From contig JAKQKX010000045.1 in the NCBI GenBank assembly GCA_029560465.1, forward strand, positions 24,260-88,259: 64,000 bases of DNA, read 5' to 3'. The DNA is from Candidatus Omnitrophota bacterium (GTDB lineage Bacteria; Omnitrophota; Gorgyraeia; Zapsychrales; JANLHA01). Under the pieces are notes generated by a model. The model was not told the DNA's origin. It made no database searches and worked only from the letters and a program-made list of their open reading frames with translations. The position numbers were made by a program, and so were the translations under genes. Positions within the stretch are counted from its first letter, which is position 1. The number at the start of each line of letters is the position of its first letter. This document shows, in pieces, positions 60,433-64,000 of the stretch.

Positions 60433-61525
60433 CAGTTTCCTCCCAAGCGCTTACGGTTCCCGTCCCCACATCATACGTGGCCGCTATGGTCCGATAGACC
60501 TCCGAGCCGGTTATCTTCCCGGTGGCCCGCACAGTGATGAAAGCGGCATCGGACGCAGGATAAGCCGTCACGATCTTGGATGACCCGTCGGACATGATAA
60601 ATTCAATATTAACAGTTGTGGCACTAGCCATACTCCCGGAGAACTGCAGATAATCGATATCATAAACCGTCTGCGAGGCATTCAAGGTGAAATCCGGGGC
60701 TAAATTGGCATTGGCCGGGCTGGACACGCTCCCGCTCCAGAGGAGTTGTCCGTTTATGACGATTTGTCGTAAAAGACGGGTATTATCCCAGGAAACCCGC
60801 ATACGGTCGATCCTGATGGTCTGGGAATCAGTGACATTCTGGATTGTCAGCCCCGTCACTTTATTACCGTCAATACAGGCCTGTTGTTCCTCATCACACT
60901 CCGCCCGGCAGTCCAAATAATCATCATAGCACTGGTCCCGGCAATCGGTCCGGGCCAGATCGCAGGCCGAGTAAGCCGAATTCAAGGCCGTTTGACACTG
61001 TAACCGGCACAACCATCCTTGCCAACCCGAGGGACATTGCGCGACACAGGCCTGATAAACAGCGTAGGCATCCGACCGGCAGACGGCCCTTTCATCATCG
61101 CAAGTAGCATAACAGGCCGCCCGGTCAGCCGTGCACTCGTCCCGGCATACCCGGCCGATCGCCCGGCATTCCGCGGGGGAATATTCTCCCCCTAAAACAA
61201 CCTGGGAGGTGTCCACAAGCAGCAAATCCGCCGGATTTCCTCCGATGACAAAAGACCGTTTTGAGTCGACATCCGTTTGCCCGAGGGAGAAATAACCGTT
61301 CCCGGACATGTCGTGATTCCGGAATTCGTAAAGAGCCTGTTGAATTCCCGCCTGCGCCAGATAAACCGTTTCCAGCTGCGCCGCCCGCGTCGATAAGGCG
61401 GCCAAGCGTTCCACGATAAAGGCCGTTACGCCGTAGATGGAAACCGAGGCGACAACAATCAACAACACCGTCGTCAAAAGTACGACGCCGGCTTGATTTC
61501 TGATCGAAAGGATCCCTGGCGGCAT
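60413..61525 (-). CDS. PilX/GspK/MshP-like minor pilin with a 16-cysteine insert
   Basis: QAG|VVLLTTVLLIVV prepilin-like N-terminus without Glu5, YLAQAGIQQA, and C-terminal ITVRATG..RTI; Cys-rich insert at 60875-61168. Confidence 0.8.
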   Translation of the reverse strand: MPPGILSIRNQAGVVLLTTVLLIVVASVSIYGVTAFIVERLAALSTRAAQLETVYLAQAGIQQALYEFRNHDMSGNGYFSLGQTDVDSKRSFVIGGNPADLLLVDTSQVVLGGEYSPAECRAIGRVCRDECTADRAACYATCDDERAVCRSDAYAVYQACVAQCPSGWQGWLCRLQCQTALNSAYSACDLARTDCRDQCYDDYLDCRAECDEEQQACIDGNKVTGLTIQNVTDSQTIRIDRMRVSWDNTRLLRQIVINGQLLWSGSVSSPANANLAPDFTLNASQTVYDIDYLQFSGSMASATTVNIEFIMSDGSSKIVTAYPASDAAFITVRATGKITGSEVYRTIAATYDVGTGTVSAWEETDEEISP

Positions 61526-61641
61526 GTTCACTTCTTGGTTTATGTGTCTCAACAGGAAACAGCTCGTTTATGTTTCATGAAGTCTGTCAAGCGATAACAG
61601 AGAAGAGAGAATTGTGAAGCCCTGGGGCAAGCGGCTGTCCC

Positions 61642-62028
61642 TTATCCGGGAGGGACAACCTCCTGGATTTTCTGGACGAACTGCTCGAATGTGTAGGGTT
61701 TATCCAGGAAATGCGTGATCTGAAAGGCGGCCAGCCGCTCTTTCACCTCGTTATTGACCACCCCGGATGACACGATAATCGGGATATCTTTAAGCGGCTC
61801 TTCCTCTTTGGCCTTACGGATCACTTCGTAGCCGTCCAGGTTGCGCATCTGGATATCCAGGATGACAACGGCAACAGGAAACCGGCGCATCAGATCCAAA
61901 GCCTCGTATCCGTCCCTCGCCACGAGCGGTTCCCAAGGGATCTGGGGATTGATTAATATGCGCCTCAAAAGCATCTCGATAATAATCTCCTCATCATCCA
62001 CGATCAAAATATACTTTTTATCTTCCAT
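61642..62028 (-). CDS. Stand-alone CheY-like response regulator
   Basis: ILIVDDE, phosphoacceptor LDIQM, DGYE and KP motifs; no output domain. Confidence 0.93.
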   Translation of the reverse strand: MEDKKYILIVDDEEIIIEMLLRRILINPQIPWEPLVARDGYEALDLMRRFPVAVVILDIQMRNLDGYEVIRKAKEEEPLKDIPIIVSSGVVNNEVKERLAAFQITHFLDKPYTFEQFVQKIQEVVPPG

Positions 62029-62067
62029 ATCCCCGCGTTCCCCGGCTTCCCGCCGTCGGCTATTGCA

Positions 62068-62110
62068 ACGATGCCGACTATGTCTTGTTGAAAGGCATAG
62101 TCGGCATCGT
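62068..62110. repeat. Strong inverted repeat downstream of the major pilin
   Basis: ACGATGCCGACTATG...CATAGTCGGCATCGT, perfect 15-bp arms, no T-tract. Confidence 0.85.
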
Positions 62111-62142
62111 CATACCTCGTGACAGGTGTTTATTCCGCTTTA

Positions 62143-62511
62143 TTACGGTGTTTCAAAAGACCCGTCGGAAGAGTCATAGGCGTAAGAGCCGCCGTTCGGG
62201 CCGACATAGTTGCCGGAAGCGTCCACGGTCCAGTTTTCCGTGACCCCGCCCTGCGCCAGGACAGTGTCGAAACATACGTTAGTGGTTGCGCAATCGCCCG
62301 CAGAGGCCGAATCCAATGCCGAAGGCCAGCCCCTGTACTTCGCGAAATATGTCTGAATACCCGCCCGCACCCCGCCGATAATGCCTTTTTCCGCCGCCTC
62401 GTTGGCGTCATCCTGCAAATTAAAATATTGAGGGATCGCCACGGCCGCCAGAATCCCTAAAATAACAATAACCATAATCAGTTCAATCAGCGTAAACCCC
62501 TTTTTGTTCAT
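62143..62511 (-). CDS. Major type IV pilin (MshA-like)
   Basis: MNKKG|FTLIELIMVIVILGILAAVAIP; 122 aa; strong AGGAGG ribosome-binding site. Confidence 0.9.
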   Translation of the reverse strand: MNKKGFTLIELIMVIVILGILAAVAIPQYFNLQDDANEAAEKGIIGGVRAGIQTYFAKYRGWPSALDSASAGDCATTNVCFDTVLAQGGVTENWTVDASGNYVGPNGGSYAYDSSDGSFETP

Positions 62512-62700
62512 CCCGCTCCTCCTTTTGATAACGTATCATCTTTAGATTTTGATCACCTTGACGGCCCTCAGGCCTCAAACGTCAATCCTCCCTAAGAACC
62601 CCCTGCGACAATCTTCTCTTAATATCCATTCCCAATTATTTCTTACTATACATGGATAATATAAAGAGTCTAGAAAAAATTAAAAATTAATCAAAGGCTC

Positions 62701-63759
62701 TCATTTAAATAATTTCATCAGGCTCCACATCGGCATAAAGATGCCCAGGGCCAGGAACAACACCGTGCTGCCCAGGAAAATGATCAGGACCGGTTCGATC
62801 ATCGACACAAGGTTATTGATCGTGTACTCCACCTGGGAATCATAATAATCCGCCACATGCACCAGAAGTTCATCCAGTTTCCCGGTCTCTTCCCCCACAG
62901 AAACCATCTGGGTCACCACCGGAGGAAACAGCCCGCTGGCTTTCATCGGCGCGAGCATGCCCTTGCCGTCATTGACGCTGTTTTTGATATTTTCTATGGC
63001 CTCGGCGATAACGGTATTTCCAGAAGTCCCCTTGACCAAATCAAGGATCGTCAGGATCGGCACCCCGCTTTTTAATAGAGTGGATGTGATCCGGCAGAAC
63101 CGGGACAAACTGATCTTCTGAAGCATGGAGCCGAAGACCGGCAGCCTTAAAAGGGCCTTGTCGCGCATCAACCGCCCTTGCCGCGTTTGGACGATTTTAA
63201 AAAACGCGAAGGACAACAACCCCACGACAATCAGCACCATCCACCAGAAATGCACGATCATGTTATAAATCAGCAGGAGCATCTGGGTCGGGAGGGGCAG
63301 GGCTGTATCAAACTTCGCGAACATATTTGTAAATTTAGGGACGACGAACAGGATAAGGAAAACAAACCCCATGATCAACGTCACAACCACGATGAGAGGA
63401 TAACGCATCGCCGATTGGATGTGGAGCCGAATTTTTTCATCATGTTCCCCCAAGGTGGCCAAACGCTCGAGGATATGCTCAAGTTTCCCGGCCACTTCCC
63501 CCGAACGGACCATATTCACGTATATTGAATTGAAGACCGCAGGGAACATCGCCAGCGCCTCGGACAAGCTCGATCCGCCCTCAATCTTCTCCGCCACGTT
63601 TTTGATCACGTCCCTGAAAACAAGGTTTTCCGTCTGGTCCCGGATCGCCTGAAGGCTCAGCAGCATGGGCAACCCCGCTTTTTTCAGCGTGTAAAGCTGC
63701 CGGGTGAACATGTTGAGGTCGGCAAACTTGACCCTCTGGTGATTTCTTTTTACGCCCAT
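62701..63759 (-). CDS. pilC: PilC/GspF/MshG inner-membrane platform protein
   Basis: FTRQL..L..AG.P, GE..G.L, AMRYP, SGVP..GEETGKL and IEP motifs. Confidence 0.92.
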   Translation of the reverse strand: MGVKRNHQRVKFADLNMFTRQLYTLKKAGLPMLLSLQAIRDQTENLVFRDVIKNVAEKIEGGSSLSEALAMFPAVFNSIYVNMVRSGEVAGKLEHILERLATLGEHDEKIRLHIQSAMRYPLIVVVTLIMGFVFLILFVVPKFTNMFAKFDTALPLPTQMLLLIYNMIVHFWWMVLIVVGLLSFAFFKIVQTRQGRLMRDKALLRLPVFGSMLQKISLSRFCRITSTLLKSGVPILTILDLVKGTSGNTVIAEAIENIKNSVNDGKGMLAPMKASGLFPPVVTQMVSVGEETGKLDELLVHVADYYDSQVEYTINNLVSMIEPVLIIFLGSTVLFLALGIFMPMWSLMKLFK

Positions 63760-63788
63760 AACGTAAAAACTCCTTTACAAACCGCGGG

Positions 63789-64000
63789 TTATTCCGTCAA
63801 CGTGACCCGCAGGACCTCTTCCGGGGTGGTCACCCCGGCCCGGACCAGCTGCAACCCGGAATCCCTTAATGTTTTAAAACCCGCCTTTTTGGCATTCTTG
63901 CGGATTTCATCGGTCGAAGCCCTGGATTCAATATTCCGCCGGATGTCCTCGGTAATCAGAAGCAGTTCAAAAATTCCGGTCCTCCCCTTCAAACCGGTCC
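63789..64000 (-). CDS. PilB/GspE/MshE assembly ATPase, C-terminal fragment (5' end outside the window)
   Basis: KGRTGIFELL...GVTTPEEVLRV. Confidence 0.9.
   Translation of the reverse strand, partial: TGLKGRTGIFELLLITEDIRRNIESRASTDEIRKNAKKAGFKTLRDSGLQLVRAGVTTPEEVLRVTLTE

Noticed and set aside
60875-61168. Cys-rich pilin insert as a multiheme cytochrome or ferredoxin
   Set aside because: There is no CxxCH or CxxCxxC motif. Spacings are Cx3C, Cx6C, Cx8C and Cx10C in an exported protein, which favours disulfides.

Overview
Bacterial chromosomal window in which every recognisable gene lies on the minus strand. No IS, prophage or CRISPR array was seen. In transcription order (high to low coordinates) it holds: (1) an MSHA/type IV pilus-like locus (ATPase C-terminus, PilC-like platform, major pilin, stand-alone receiver protein, three minor pilins, PilM-PilN fusion, PilO, PilP-like); (2) class III ribonucleotide reductase nrdDG with tandem NrdR boxes; (3) a four-subunit group 3b [NiFe] sulfhydrogenase with maturation protease, a minimal HypA, fur-feoAB and hypFCDE; (4) a permease, a radical SAM enzyme, a disordered protein and pncAB; (5) an FMN-riboswitch-led riboflavin operon with an embedded PHP hydrolase; (6) a catalytically dead ketosynthase with fabG and fabZ; (7) a second minor-pilin cassette; (8) tRNA-Pro(CGG); (9) the ligA-xerD-cca-rbfA-nrnA-truB-ribF run; (10) the dcw cluster from mraZ to ddl. 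The content fits a diderm anaerobe; a PVC-group or Omnitrophota-like organism is my inference and was not tested. The most striking observation is a PilX/GspK-type minor pilin carrying a 98-aa insert with 16 cysteines in exactly mirror-symmetric spacing around a Trp-rich loop, which suggests a disulfide-laddered helical spike at the pilus tip. Other leads are NrdR-like boxes ahead of the dcw operon, an FMN aptamer with five extra hairpins, a HypA lacking its zinc finger, and an orphan chain-length-factor-like ketosynthase. All calls come from reading motifs by eye; no database searches were run.
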